Below, piece by piece: positions 24,201 to 31,564 of a DNA stretch of 38,655 nucleotides (positions are counted from its first letter, which is position 1; each line of letters begins with the position of its first letter). Under the pieces are notes generated by a model. That model was not told where the DNA came from. It did no database searches and worked only from the letters and a program-made list of their open reading frames with translations. A program made the position numbers and the translations under genes. The stretch comes from a virus. Location: positions 1 to 38,655 of the IMG/VR virus record IMGVR_UViG_3300011145_000002, one strand, 5' to 3'.

Positions 24201-24903
24201 CAATTGTATCTTCAAGGTTCGCAATAGACCCATCTAGGGTTTTCATGCGGTTTTCCATAGCACCAACGAAGTCCACATTGCCTAGATCAAGAAGGTATTT
24301 TTCAATCTCTTTGGCATTATTTCTAATGGTGGTGGTTTGGCCCTTAAACGTCAGCGACACTTTGCCATTTTCTTGACTGGCCTTGATTCCAAATTCTTTT
24401 AATCGCTCAAACTCACCCGTAGTGGCATCAGCAACCGCCTCAATCATTTGATCGAGATCTTTACCCATGGCAGCAGCAGTATTGCCGTATGACATTAGTG
24501 CGGCTTCAGATGGTTTTAACCCCAAGTTTGTAAGCTTAATAAAGGCACCTACAGACTGCTCAAGCCCATAAGGGGTTTCTTTAGCGAATTTCTGCAAAGA
24601 ATCAAATGCTGCTGCCGCGCCTTCTGCTGACCCGGTTGCTGTTATTAACCCTGCATTCAGCTTATCAAAAGTGCGTTGAGTATTGATCAGTCGGTCGATA
24701 GAGACATAGGATGCAGCAACCCCTGCCAATGAAAGCCCAATATTCTTTGCTGACATGGAAATACCTTTATCAGCCTCCTCGAAATCGCGCGCCATATTGC
24801 TTGCTGAAGTCTTAGTCTGTCTTTCGGCATTCTTCATTGGCTCAACAAATTGGCCGATACGAGCAATTAAATCCAATGTTAAAACACCTAACTTGCCAGC
24901 CAT
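21214..24903 (-). CDS. Tail tape measure protein with an embedded lytic transglycosylase (SLT) domain
   Basis: 1229 aa, Ala-rich and helical, with transmembrane-like GLTGGWVGLGITVASVAAGYL. The SLT motif LLSAIHMQESRGNPNAYNKSSGAAGGFQF lies at about 22504..22821. Confidence 0.9.
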   Translation of the reverse strand: MAGKLGVLTLDLIARIGQFVEPMKNAERQTKTSASNMARDFEEADKGISMSAKNIGLSLAGVAASYVSIDRLINTQRTFDKLNAGLITATGSAEGAAAAFDSLQKFAKETPYGLEQSVGAFIKLTNLGLKPSEAALMSYGNTAAAMGKDLDQMIEAVADATTGEFERLKEFGIKASQENGKVSLTFKGQTTTIRNNAKEIEKYLLDLGNVDFVGAMENRMKTLDGSIANLEDTIDGLFLKVSQSGIGDAIKAGVDGASESLETLGDNLDTVGDIALVVGAIFAGRYASSMISSIQKTVAASIEQKQALVAEQAESVKLLGVQAQRARQNVALALTEVNLARADFNNATTAAARAAATQRLTAANIALAISEKQASMATTAYTAATGAATVATSRLAAAKALLLGLTGGWVGLGITVASVAAGYLMMRDGADESTKSLRENNESVDDAIKKYKELDEVKRRAQLVSEKNTLQDLAKEYDEVNSKLITATYSFSRHNDMTSEQSKQVNALISEYKKTGDIDQFSGKINALNFISQTSKDRFNTLGGSVKDAGNEFKNQKSFVDQMAPAVKGVGDQAKQTAIETANLSAEIRKLLSEANQTIKDSAITSALASRGYNDTMIELAKKYLNVEGAIVTNAKGQKVLKDELKAKLREEYQAIMRSKNAVDERNKAEEKSKKLLEATGNAMKVNAKVAANAAKYNFAAIEAKNKLPSGLLSAIHMQESRGNPNAYNKSSGAAGGFQFLEGTAKQYGVKDRYNLAQSAEGAGKYMAYLLDLFKGDLDKAVSAYHAGEGNVQRGTNIGPVNRQYVKNIKGYLGGSSGVSFTEDYSFDDWLKEFEQTIAEQEKLEKELTETRKAIQVSYYNEWQNLEYDNQERIKEIEKAFATDPTERDRLLGLQQKAYEDDVANWIKAQDDRVKAENEANQQIILARQNAFSMMNGPLGAMVQMGVEASARASMKPEEYQRWQLGNEQQDGYSQLADNLYSAREGIQNDEYTTDTEKYQQLEQAYEVYLQNKAALSEAYSKQEQDLAKTQYESQLSLWGNLLGQAQNTWSQMTQAVKDSAGEQSGAYKAMFLMQQMFAIGSALVSTHLAATQVAADATIPFFGAKIAASKAMLAMGYANVGLIAGQTIAGMAHDGIDNIPKEGTWLLDKGERVVDSRTNADLKNYLANQNSGGINFTQTIVIQSDGSTKTDNQGDMKQFGSMIETAVVSVINRELRQGGAIKKAISRG

Positions 24904-24921
24904 AACTTTTCCTCTAGGCGT

Positions 24922-24944
24922 AAAAAAACCGCCTAGTGGCGGTT
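24922..24944 (-). terminator. Strong intrinsic terminator closing the exonuclease-lipoprotein cassette, just upstream of the tape-measure start
   Basis: aaccgcc-tagt-ggcggtt followed on the minus strand by 7 U. Confidence 0.8.
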
Positions 24945-24959
24945 ATTGATTTTGAGACT

Positions 24960-25280
24960 TTACGAGCAATTTGCTTGCCCTAAATCTATCCATTTGTTTG
25001 TAGAGACAAGTGCCTGAATGTCTATAACCTTGACTGTAACCTTGTAAATATTCAGCGCATTTAATTCTTGGCAAACATATTGTGCCAATCCATCTCTACC
25101 TGATCCATTGTCTACAACTCCAACCTTAAACATGGAGCTGGACGTCCAAACAGCATCTTTTATTGTCTTATCAACTTTGAAATGGGCTACAGCTTGCTGT
25201 TTTTTTTCTTCAGATATTTTTGGTTGATTAGAGCATCCAGCTACCCCTGCCACCAAAGCAAATAAAATAAATTTTTTCAT
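24960..25280 (-). CDS. Lipoprotein (106 aa)
   Basis: MKKFILFALVAGVAG|CSN is a signal peptide plus lipobox. The ATG at 25280 follows GAGGGA, one nt after the upstream stop. Confidence 0.75.
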   Translation of the reverse strand: MKKFILFALVAGVAGCSNQPKISEEKKQQAVAHFKVDKTIKDAVWTSSSMFKVGVVDNGSGRDGLAQYVCQELNALNIYKVTVKVIDIQALVSTNKWIDLGQANCS

Positions 25281-25281
25281 T

Positions 25282-26157
25282 TTAATTTCCCTCAACCATA
25301 TAAAAGAAATCTTCCTCAGAAATGACTACAATATCCTGGCCTTTTTTAATCAAAGCTAATGCTTTTTCTTCTTTCGCACTAATGCTTTTCCCTTTTAATT
25401 TTGTGAGATCTTGGAGTCCAGTTACCAAATAATTTGTTTTCTTAGTAACACCCTTTCCAACATCAAACCCAAGCTGGGATGCCTTTATGCTCGCCTCAAC
25501 ACGCGGCATTTTTAACTCACCCGTAAAACAAAGAACATCACCAAACCACTCACCATCAGGATTGCCACCCTCAATAACCACATGGGCAGGATTTGGGTTT
25601 TCCGACATCTCCCCATATGCAATTAATGTTGATATTTTTCTGCGTATTAAAGATCGACAGTCATCCAATTTTAATTGCTTGGCGTTTAGGGCACATATTA
25701 GAACCCTGCCAGCAGCAATAGCATCCGCCAAAGCATCATGATGTTTGTCAATTTTTATATCATTCAATCTGCATACATTTGCAAGCCCATATCCACTATA
25801 CGCAACCTGCTCCCATGTTCGTCTAACAACCTTGGTAATGTCTAACCAGCTATAATCAATTTGAGGGAAATTCTTTTCAAGAGCCACTTTATCGAAGCCT
25901 GAATAAATAGCAACAACGTTGACGCCAATAAGCTGATCTAATCTTGACTTAACTTCAGCTATTACTGGGGCACCTCGAACATCTTCTTCCGTAATTCCAT
26001 GTATCGCGCTATTCATAAAGTCAAAATGTGACTGAGGGTTTATCAAGGAGCTCCATGTTTCAATCAGATCGCCACCCTTAAAAACAGCTATCCCAATCTG
26101 ACATATTGACTTTGGGTCTGAATTTGCAGTTTCCACATCCAAGGCTACAAAATCCAT
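25282..26157 (-). CDS. DnaQ-like DEDDh 3'-5' exonuclease fused to a C-terminal BRCT-like domain (291 aa)
   Basis: ExoI is FVALDVETAN, ExoII is YSGFDKVAL and ExoIII is HHDALADAIAAG. The C-terminus GDVLCFTGELKMPRVEASIKASQLGFDVGKGVTKKTNYLVTG resembles the ligase-type BRCT domain. Confidence 0.8.
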   Translation of the reverse strand: MDFVALDVETANSDPKSICQIGIAVFKGGDLIETWSSLINPQSHFDFMNSAIHGITEEDVRGAPVIAEVKSRLDQLIGVNVVAIYSGFDKVALEKNFPQIDYSWLDITKVVRRTWEQVAYSGYGLANVCRLNDIKIDKHHDALADAIAAGRVLICALNAKQLKLDDCRSLIRRKISTLIAYGEMSENPNPAHVVIEGGNPDGEWFGDVLCFTGELKMPRVEASIKASQLGFDVGKGVTKKTNYLVTGLQDLTKLKGKSISAKEEKALALIKKGQDIVVISEEDFFYMVEGN

Positions 26158-26233
26158 TTCTCTATCCTAGTTTTATAATCTAGGACAAGATACTAATTAT
26201 TAGGTGAAAAAGAAACCAATCTAAATTGATTTC

Positions 26234-26850
26234 TTATTTCCCAAAATTCTCCACCAGATAATCCTCAAGATTCTTTTCTACTGGTTTTTCTTCATGAGTC
26301 ATCAAGTCATGCAACTTCACATTTTTAACGCCTTTCAGCATTAAAATAGACTGGTGAATTCTTGCTAGCTCTTGCTCGAATCTTCTTCCGAGGTTGAGGC
26401 TTCCGTATTTTCGGATGTAGGCGGTGTACTTTTTGATTTCCCTGTATGGGAGGTCTGCGATTTCGCTGTATGTTTTGCCGAGCGCGATACTGATTTCGAT
26501 GAGGATTTCGTCGTCTTGGTTGAGTTCAATTGCTTTCCCAATACGTTAATATCCACAATTTTTGACCAAAGCGCATCTACTAAGGCTTGGTTAAAATGGG
26601 TGCGGATTTCATCTTCAGTGAATGCGAGTTGTCCTTTCTCATCACAAATAACGCTTGCCAAAACACCAGCTAAAGCCTCTTTGTTTTCGCCATAGGCCTT
26701 CATTTGGGCTACTGCTGTGCTGTAGCTGAATGGCAGAATATAGGTGTCAAACTCCGCGTCTTCACCACTTACTTTAATTTGAACTGTCACATGCTCCGGC
26801 TTACCCATTAGTGCGCCAGACTTAATGTCTTTTAAAGTTAATTTTTTCAT
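26234..26850 (-). CDS. Tail assembly chaperone -1 frameshift fusion (lambda GT analogue, about 205 aa)
   Basis: The -1 frame is open from 26545 to the stop at 26234..26236. After the slip it reads ...LGK/AIELNQDDEILIEISIALGKTYSEIADLPYREIKKYTAYIRKYGSLN..., which is T-domain-like. Confidence 0.7.
26365..26850 (-). CDS. Tail assembly chaperone (lambda G analogue), zero-frame product
   Basis: Lies between the tube and tape-measure genes and contains the slippery heptamer. The zero-frame tail is Ser/Lys/Thr-rich. Confidence 0.75.
   Translation of the reverse strand: MKKLTLKDIKSGALMGKPEHVTVQIKVSGEDAEFDTYILPFSYSTAVAQMKAYGENKEALAGVLASVICDEKGQLAFTEDEIRTHFNQALVDALWSKIVDINVLGKQLNSTKTTKSSSKSVSRSAKHTAKSQTSHTGKSKSTPPTSENTEASTSEEDSSKS
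26533..26539 (-). promoter_or_regulatory. Programmed -1 ribosomal frameshift slippery heptamer G_GGA_AAG
   Basis: The minus strand reads TTG GGA AAG CAA in the G frame. This heptamer is identical to the lambda G/GT slip site. Confidence 0.7.
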
Positions 26851-26860
26851 GATTCACCAG

Positions 26861-26888
26861 AAAGAATAAAGCCCCAATACAGGGGCTT
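26861..26888 (-). terminator. Intrinsic terminator after the tail tube gene
   Basis: aagcccc-aataca-ggggctt followed on the minus strand by TTTATTCTTT. Confidence 0.7.
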
Positions 26889-26892
26889 TGGA

Positions 26893-27357
26893 TTAAACAG
26901 TTGCTGGAGTTAGAGTCACACCAGTTGAACGCTGTAAAGTGAACTGGTAGCCCACAATGGAATCCGCTTCAAATGTTGGCACTGCTGGAGTTAATGCGCC
27001 TTTAAATGACCAGAATGAACGGCCAGTTGGTAGAGCTACAGCATTTGTAGCTACTGTTGGCGGAGCCACTGAATCACTCGCACCAATATAAAATTCAAGT
27101 TCGGTGCGATTTTCTGCCCATTGAATAAGCTTTAGGTGTGAGTCGTTTTCTGGATCAAGTCGAATTGAAAGTGAGCCATCACCCGGATCAGATAGCCCCG
27201 GCATATAGGATTTGGATTTCGTTTCTTCAAGACAGGTTGTTTCAATTTTTGAAGTACTGTCACTTCCCAAGTCGATACCGGTTACACAGACAAGTTGCGT
27301 AATGTCGGTACCATCAAAAGCAAAGACGTTTGTCCCTTGCGTGCGTAATTCTGCCAT
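26893..27357 (-). CDS. Major tail (tube) protein
   Basis: Assigned by position (after the tail terminator and before the chaperone) and size. The ATG at 27357 has GAGGAG 9 nt upstream, whereas the longer ORF start at 27384 abuts a terminator U tract. Confidence 0.7.
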   Translation of the reverse strand: MAELRTQGTNVFAFDGTDITQLVCVTGIDLGSDSTSKIETTCLEETKSKSYMPGLSDPGDGSLSIRLDPENDSHLKLIQWAENRTELEFYIGASDSVAPPTVATNAVALPTGRSFWSFKGALTPAVPTFEADSIVGYQFTLQRSTGVTLTPATV

Positions 27358-27384
27358 TTGCGAGTGCTCCTCAATTTTAGGCAT

Positions 27385-27408
27385 AAAAAAAGCACCCGGT
27401 TGGGTGCT
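27385..27408 (-). terminator. Hairpin plus U tract immediately upstream of the tube gene
   Basis: agcaccc-ggtt-gggtgct followed on the minus strand by 6 U. Confidence 0.6.
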
Positions 27409-27424
27409 ATGTGGAAAATTCTAT

Positions 27425-27799
27425 TTATCGATCTACAAACCAATTCGAATCAAAACCGGTTCGATACATCTTGCTGTCTGGATCACGCTCATTACCTCGC
27501 AGACCAGTTACAGTGCAAGAGTTATCAAGCTCAAAAGCTCTACGAACCGCTTCACGAATATTTCGCAGGTCATCCGCTTTTGTTGTGTAAATATCAACTT
27601 GGATTGTGATGTGATCTATATTTGCCGGACAATCTAAATGATTTTGCGGAATACCAGAGATATCCTGCCAGACCAGGTACGGCGGCTTTGGTTTATCTGG
27701 TGCAAGACCAAATTCAAATGCACGTAAAATCCCGCCAGATTCCAGATAAGACTTAACTTCATCACTCGCATTAAGTAATGGGAAAATAGGTGCTGTCAT
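27425..27799 (-). CDS. Tail terminator / tail completion protein (DUF3168-like)
   Basis: Position directly upstream of the tube gene, and the N-terminus MTAPIFPLLNASDEVKSYL is typical of this family. Confidence 0.55.
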   Translation of the reverse strand: MTAPIFPLLNASDEVKSYLESGGILRAFEFGLAPDKPKPPYLVWQDISGIPQNHLDCPANIDHITIQVDIYTTKADDLRNIREAVRRAFELDNSCTVTGLRGNERDPDSKMYRTGFDSNWFVDR

Positions 27800-28266
27800 A
27801 TAGCCTCACGTAATGCTTTGGTGATTTCAGAATCAAATACCTGGACAAACTTGGTTGTGACCTTATCAACATTATTAGCTAAAGCAGGTCTTAAAAATGG
27901 AGTGGCTGGAATCTTGCTGGTACCAAACTCAATAAATCTAAAGTGCCGAGTATCTCCACCACTTAAGCCAGCCGTGCTGACAGAGTATTGATTCCGACCT
28001 GCTCCACCTTTCACCCCCACTCGAATCTTAATCTCATTAGGATTACGGCTCTTACCACCTTGGGTCACAATATTCTTATGAATCTTTTCCCGTGTTTCAG
28101 GATCATCAATTGCCTTTGCATTGCTACGTGCAGCATCGCGAACAAGATTCATCGCTTGGCGCCCGGCTTTTCGTGCAATTTGCTTGGCTTTTTTAGGATT
28201 TGAAAGTTGCTTGAGTTTTTTATTCAGCTCATCCAAGCCTTCAATATTTAACTCGACTGCTGCCAT
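27796..28266 (-). CDS. HK97 gp10-family neck/tail-attachment protein
   Basis: The N-terminus VELNIEGLDELNKKLKQL, the FIEFGT motif, and the position in the head-tail joining block. Confidence 0.6.
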   Translation of the reverse strand: MAAVELNIEGLDELNKKLKQLSNPKKAKQIARKAGRQAMNLVRDAARSNAKAIDDPETREKIHKNIVTQGGKSRNPNEIKIRVGVKGGAGRNQYSVSTAGLSGGDTRHFRFIEFGTSKIPATPFLRPALANNVDKVTTKFVQVFDSEITKALREAI

Positions 28267-28604
28267 TCTGATTCACCTTCTGCAAGGTTGAGCGTCAACC
28301 ACTCAAGACCACTTTCATTATCTGGCACCGGATCACCATCAACCTTCCAGTACTTATCCCGAAAATATAGACGCATGGTTGAATCAATCTGACTTGCTTT
28401 TGAGCTGTAACGAATGCGACAACGTGCAGTCATTTTTGAATCAATTGCCTGGGCTTGCAGCTGATCACGCGTAGATAAGGCCTCGTGTTTTCCCCAAACT
28501 GTACAAAACTCTGTCCAGGCTTGAGTAATACGGCCTGTGGTTTTGTCTTGAGTTTCGGTAAAGGCTTCAATACGGATGCGATGTCTTAAAGGACCTGCTC
28601 TCAT
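28248..28604 (-). CDS. Head-tail adaptor / head closure protein
   Basis: MRAGPLRHRIRIE is the characteristic N-terminus of the head-tail joining family. Confidence 0.65.
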   Translation of the reverse strand: MRAGPLRHRIRIEAFTETQDKTTGRITQAWTEFCTVWGKHEALSTRDQLQAQAIDSKMTARCRIRYSSKASQIDSTMRLYFRDKYWKVDGDPVPDNESGLEWLTLNLAEGESEWQQSS

Positions 28605-29078
28605 CTATACCCCCAGATCTAAACGGTATGGGTCGAGCAACCACAAAGCGCCTTTCGGCAACTCATTTACCGTGGTACTGGTTTCATCTTCCCGATTTTC
28701 ATAAAGACTGCCCAAGATCAGTAAAACAGCCGCTTCAATAGATGGATTGATAACAATACCCTGCATGGCCATTTTGGTATTGCGCTGAGCTTCTTTTTTA
28801 AGGTTTTCAGCCGCAGATAACAGCATATTTCTTGAGACTGGATCTGTAACCAGATTAGCTGCATCGCAACTCTCTTTGTATTTCACAAGCTCATAATTTA
28901 GCTGGTCCAAAGTTAGAGAGATCGCCTCTGTCCATGCAGCTGCTGTGGCATAAAAAAAACGGTTCAAATATTGAGCCGCTTTATCTTCTGCCGAATTCAA
29001 CTTTGCCAGGACATCACCGCCAGTATCTTCATCTACTCGCAAATGAACCATAGCTTTTTCAATGTTAATAACTGGCAT
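28605..29078 (-). CDS. gp6-like head-tail connector protein
   Basis: IEKAMVHLRVDEDTGGDVLAKLNSAEDKAAQYL is typical of the gp6-like connector family. Confidence 0.65.
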   Translation of the reverse strand: MPVINIEKAMVHLRVDEDTGGDVLAKLNSAEDKAAQYLNRFFYATAAAWTEAISLTLDQLNYELVKYKESCDAANLVTDPVSRNMLLSAAENLKKEAQRNTKMAMQGIVINPSIEAAVLLILGSLYENREDETSTTVNELPKGALWLLDPYRLDLGV

Positions 29079-29087
29079 GATATGACC

Positions 29088-29396
29088 TTACTTTGTTTTA
29101 GTTTCTTTAGCTTTTTCTTCTGCAGCAGCCTTGGCTTTCGCCTCTTCTTCTGCCTTTAACTTTTCCTCTTCAGCTTTCGTCTCAGCCTCGGCTTTTGCCT
29201 TAGCCTCTTTATCGGCTGCGGCTTTGGCTTTCTTTTCCGCATCAGCTTTGGCTTTATCAGCTGCCACTTGTTCAGGATCAATCGCCAATTTTTTCTTGAT
29301 GAGTTCACCGGCCGTAATATCTGGAATCTCGGCCTCATCACCTTTGACGTAAACCTTATTTCCAAGCATTGCAGCATCTAAGAATTTAATTTTCAT
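29088..29396 (-). CDS. Lys/Ala/Glu-rich low-complexity head-module protein (102 aa)
   Basis: A roughly 45-aa N-terminal segment is followed by KAKADAEKKAKAAADKEAKAKAEAETKAEEEKLKAEEEAKAKAAAEEKAKE. It lies between the capsid and connector genes. Confidence 0.6.
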   Translation of the reverse strand: MKIKFLDAAMLGNKVYVKGDEAEIPDITAGELIKKKLAIDPEQVAADKAKADAEKKAKAAADKEAKAKAEAETKAEEEKLKAEEEAKAKAAAEEKAKETKTK

Positions 29397-29417
29397 GTTC
29401 TAAACTCCAAGGTGAAA

Positions 29418-29431
29418 GGGCCGACTGGCCC
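29418..29431 (-). terminator. Short GC hairpin after the capsid gene
   Basis: gggcc-gact-ggccc, with a weak U tract. Confidence 0.35.
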
Positions 29432-29445
29432 CTTCGGGATTTTAA

Positions 29446-30654
29446 TTAAGCTGGAAATTCACCTTTTACGAATGCTTCTGGGCGATACACAGCCAATGCC
29501 AGGCGCTCTTCACAACGAACAGAGATCATGTTCTTTTCAAAGTCATCAGCATTTTCGGTTGAGATCACCACGTTTGCATCTTCACGGTCAAAGATTTGAG
29601 CAGCCTCAGCAAAGCTACCAGTCAAAAATTTACTAGCCATTGCTGCATGATTGGTTTCAGCAACAGGCAACCCCCAAAGACTTGGCGTATTAGGTGAGAA
29701 CGGGTTGGTAAACAAGTATGCACCGGTAGTGTCTTTCAGTAATTCAATTGCAGTCCAATCATGCATGTGTAGCACATGACCTGTTGCAAACACATCCGCC
29801 AAAGCAGCTTGCAGCATGGCCAAACGCATAGTATCTACGCGAGTCGGTGATGCAATCGTAATTGGAGCTGAATAGGCGGTTGCCTGAGTATAAATACCAT
29901 GCAGGTTGTTACCAGTGCCTGAACCAAATAACAGTTGCGCATCTTCAACACGCTTAAGGCCATTAAGCAAACGACCATTGATAAAGCTTTGTAACTGAGG
30001 CAAGTCATCAAGGATCTGCTTAGATGCTTTCAGCATGTGAGCAATCGTTTTCACACCTTCCAGCACTTCTTCGAATGTTAATTCTGAATATGGCTTGGTG
30101 GTGTTTTCAGCTACTGGTGCAGCGTTATTGGTAAATCCAGTTTCACGTAAGTAAGCAATCGCATTACTGGCCGTTTGACCTGGAGCTAATAGGTCACGGA
30201 TGGTCACGCGCTGATTTGGCGCAGTCACAATACGAGTCGAACCATCAACAGGGTTTACTGCAAATGATGTCAGTGCATTACGGGGAACGGCTACACTGAT
30301 ACGTTTTCCAGAAGTTGCATTGCTTGCAAATGAAATAATCTGCTCATCTTTTACAGCAAGATTACCAGCACGAGCATCCACTTGTGTACCTGGATTACCA
30401 GTGCCACCACGTGCAAATAATTGCTCAGCTTCACCCAACTTCACCTGTAGGTCATTCTGGGCTTGGCGCAGATTATTTAGGTCTGTAAGTGCTTGATCCA
30501 CTGCTGCTTTAGTTTCAGTAGACAATTCACCAGCTTTTTTTGCTTCATTCAAAGCATTTTCAGCCATAGGTTGAACTTTTTCAGTCAGATTCTTTAAGCC
30601 TGTGTTTACGTCTTTAAGGGCCTGAGCTGTTTGGTCTTTAGTTTGATCAGTCAT
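29446..30654 (-). CDS. Major capsid protein, HK97 fold, with an N-terminal coiled-coil (delta-like) region
   Basis: Size, position after the protease gene, and typical family segments (NLHGIYTQA, LWGLPV). Confidence 0.85.
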   Translation of the reverse strand: MTDQTKDQTAQALKDVNTGLKNLTEKVQPMAENALNEAKKAGELSTETKAAVDQALTDLNNLRQAQNDLQVKLGEAEQLFARGGTGNPGTQVDARAGNLAVKDEQIISFASNATSGKRISVAVPRNALTSFAVNPVDGSTRIVTAPNQRVTIRDLLAPGQTASNAIAYLRETGFTNNAAPVAENTTKPYSELTFEEVLEGVKTIAHMLKASKQILDDLPQLQSFINGRLLNGLKRVEDAQLLFGSGTGNNLHGIYTQATAYSAPITIASPTRVDTMRLAMLQAALADVFATGHVLHMHDWTAIELLKDTTGAYLFTNPFSPNTPSLWGLPVAETNHAAMASKFLTGSFAEAAQIFDREDANVVISTENADDFEKNMISVRCEERLALAVYRPEAFVKGEFPA

Positions 30655-30670
30655 GATTTTTCATCTCTCA

Positions 30671-30698
30671 AAAATAAGAAAACCGCCATAGAGGCGGT
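30671..30698 (-). terminator. Hairpin plus U-rich tract between the protease and capsid genes
   Basis: accgcc-ataga-ggcggt followed on the minus strand by TTCTTATTTT. Confidence 0.6.
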
Positions 30699-30718
30699 CA
30701 TAAAATTGCTATCAGGTT

Positions 30719-31564
30719 TTAAGTGCTAAATTTCTCAGTAGCGTTACGCATACTTTGAAGAACACTTTCGAGTACATTATTGCTAGCGCTTGGCTTAGCT
30801 TGGTTGGTAGCGCCAGGCGTACCCTTTAAATCTTGAATAAGTTCCCGTCGTGAGCTTCGAGACATTCCCGCTTTGGCAAGCAAGATATCTGCCTTATGAG
30901 CAGCGACTTTTTCTTTAGTGAAGTTCTTTGTATCTTCAACAACCACGTCAGATGGCAGGAAAGCATCAGCAAAGCCACTATCAATAGCATCACGCCCATT
31001 GATCCAGCGCTCTTTATCCATATCGGCTTTAAGCTCATCCATGCTCAGTCCGGATCGCACGTGATAAATATCAGCAATCGTGTCATCGATCTGCTCAAGG
31101 AAATCTGCAGTTTCACGCAAGTCGTTGCGATTCCCCCAAAGTCCGGTCCAGGCATTGTGAATCATAAAGAATCCAGCACGGGCAATTTGAATCTCATCAG
31201 CAGCCATGGCAATAAATGATGCTGCTGAAGCTGCTACCCCTAAAACACGTACAGTCACATGACCTTTGTATTCGCGAAGCAGGTTATAAATAGCCAGACC
31301 TTCAAATACATCACCACCTGGAGAGTTGATATTGACCACAACATCAGCCCCATCGAGTGAACGCAATGCAGCACTGATCCGCTTAGCCGTCACACCAGAA
31401 TCATCCCAGTAGTCATAACCAATCGGATCATAAATACCAATCGTATTTTCATTTTCATCTGATGCTTTAATTGCAGGATTCCAACGATCAAAAGCTAACG
31501 GCGAAACACCACCTTTTTCTTTTGCATTAAAATTAGCGACTGGCAGCAGGTTTCGTTTGCTCAT
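30719..31564 (-). CDS. Prohead maturation protease (ClpP/S49-like)
   Basis: VNINSPGGDVFEGLAIYNLL, GVAASAASFIAMA (Ser) and FMIHNAW (His). The start was trimmed to the ATG at 31564 (MSKRNLL). Confidence 0.85.
   Translation of the reverse strand: MSKRNLLPVANFNAKEKGGVSPLAFDRWNPAIKASDENENTIGIYDPIGYDYWDDSGVTAKRISAALRSLDGADVVVNINSPGGDVFEGLAIYNLLREYKGHVTVRVLGVAASAASFIAMAADEIQIARAGFFMIHNAWTGLWGNRNDLRETADFLEQIDDTIADIYHVRSGLSMDELKADMDKERWINGRDAIDSGFADAFLPSDVVVEDTKNFTKEKVAAHKADILLAKAGMSRSSRRELIQDLKGTPGATNQAKPSASNNVLESVLQSMRNATEKFST

Noticed and set aside
24035-24376. Plus-strand and alternative-frame ORFs inside the tape-measure gene (also 21307..21537, 21871..22128, 22653..22844 and 23079..23261)
   Set aside because: They are shadow ORFs within a 3.7-kb Ala-rich gene, with no independent support.
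26372-26695. A plus-strand 107-aa ORF antisense to the tail chaperone
   Set aside because: It is a shadow ORF. The region is fully explained by the minus-strand G frame and its -1 frame.
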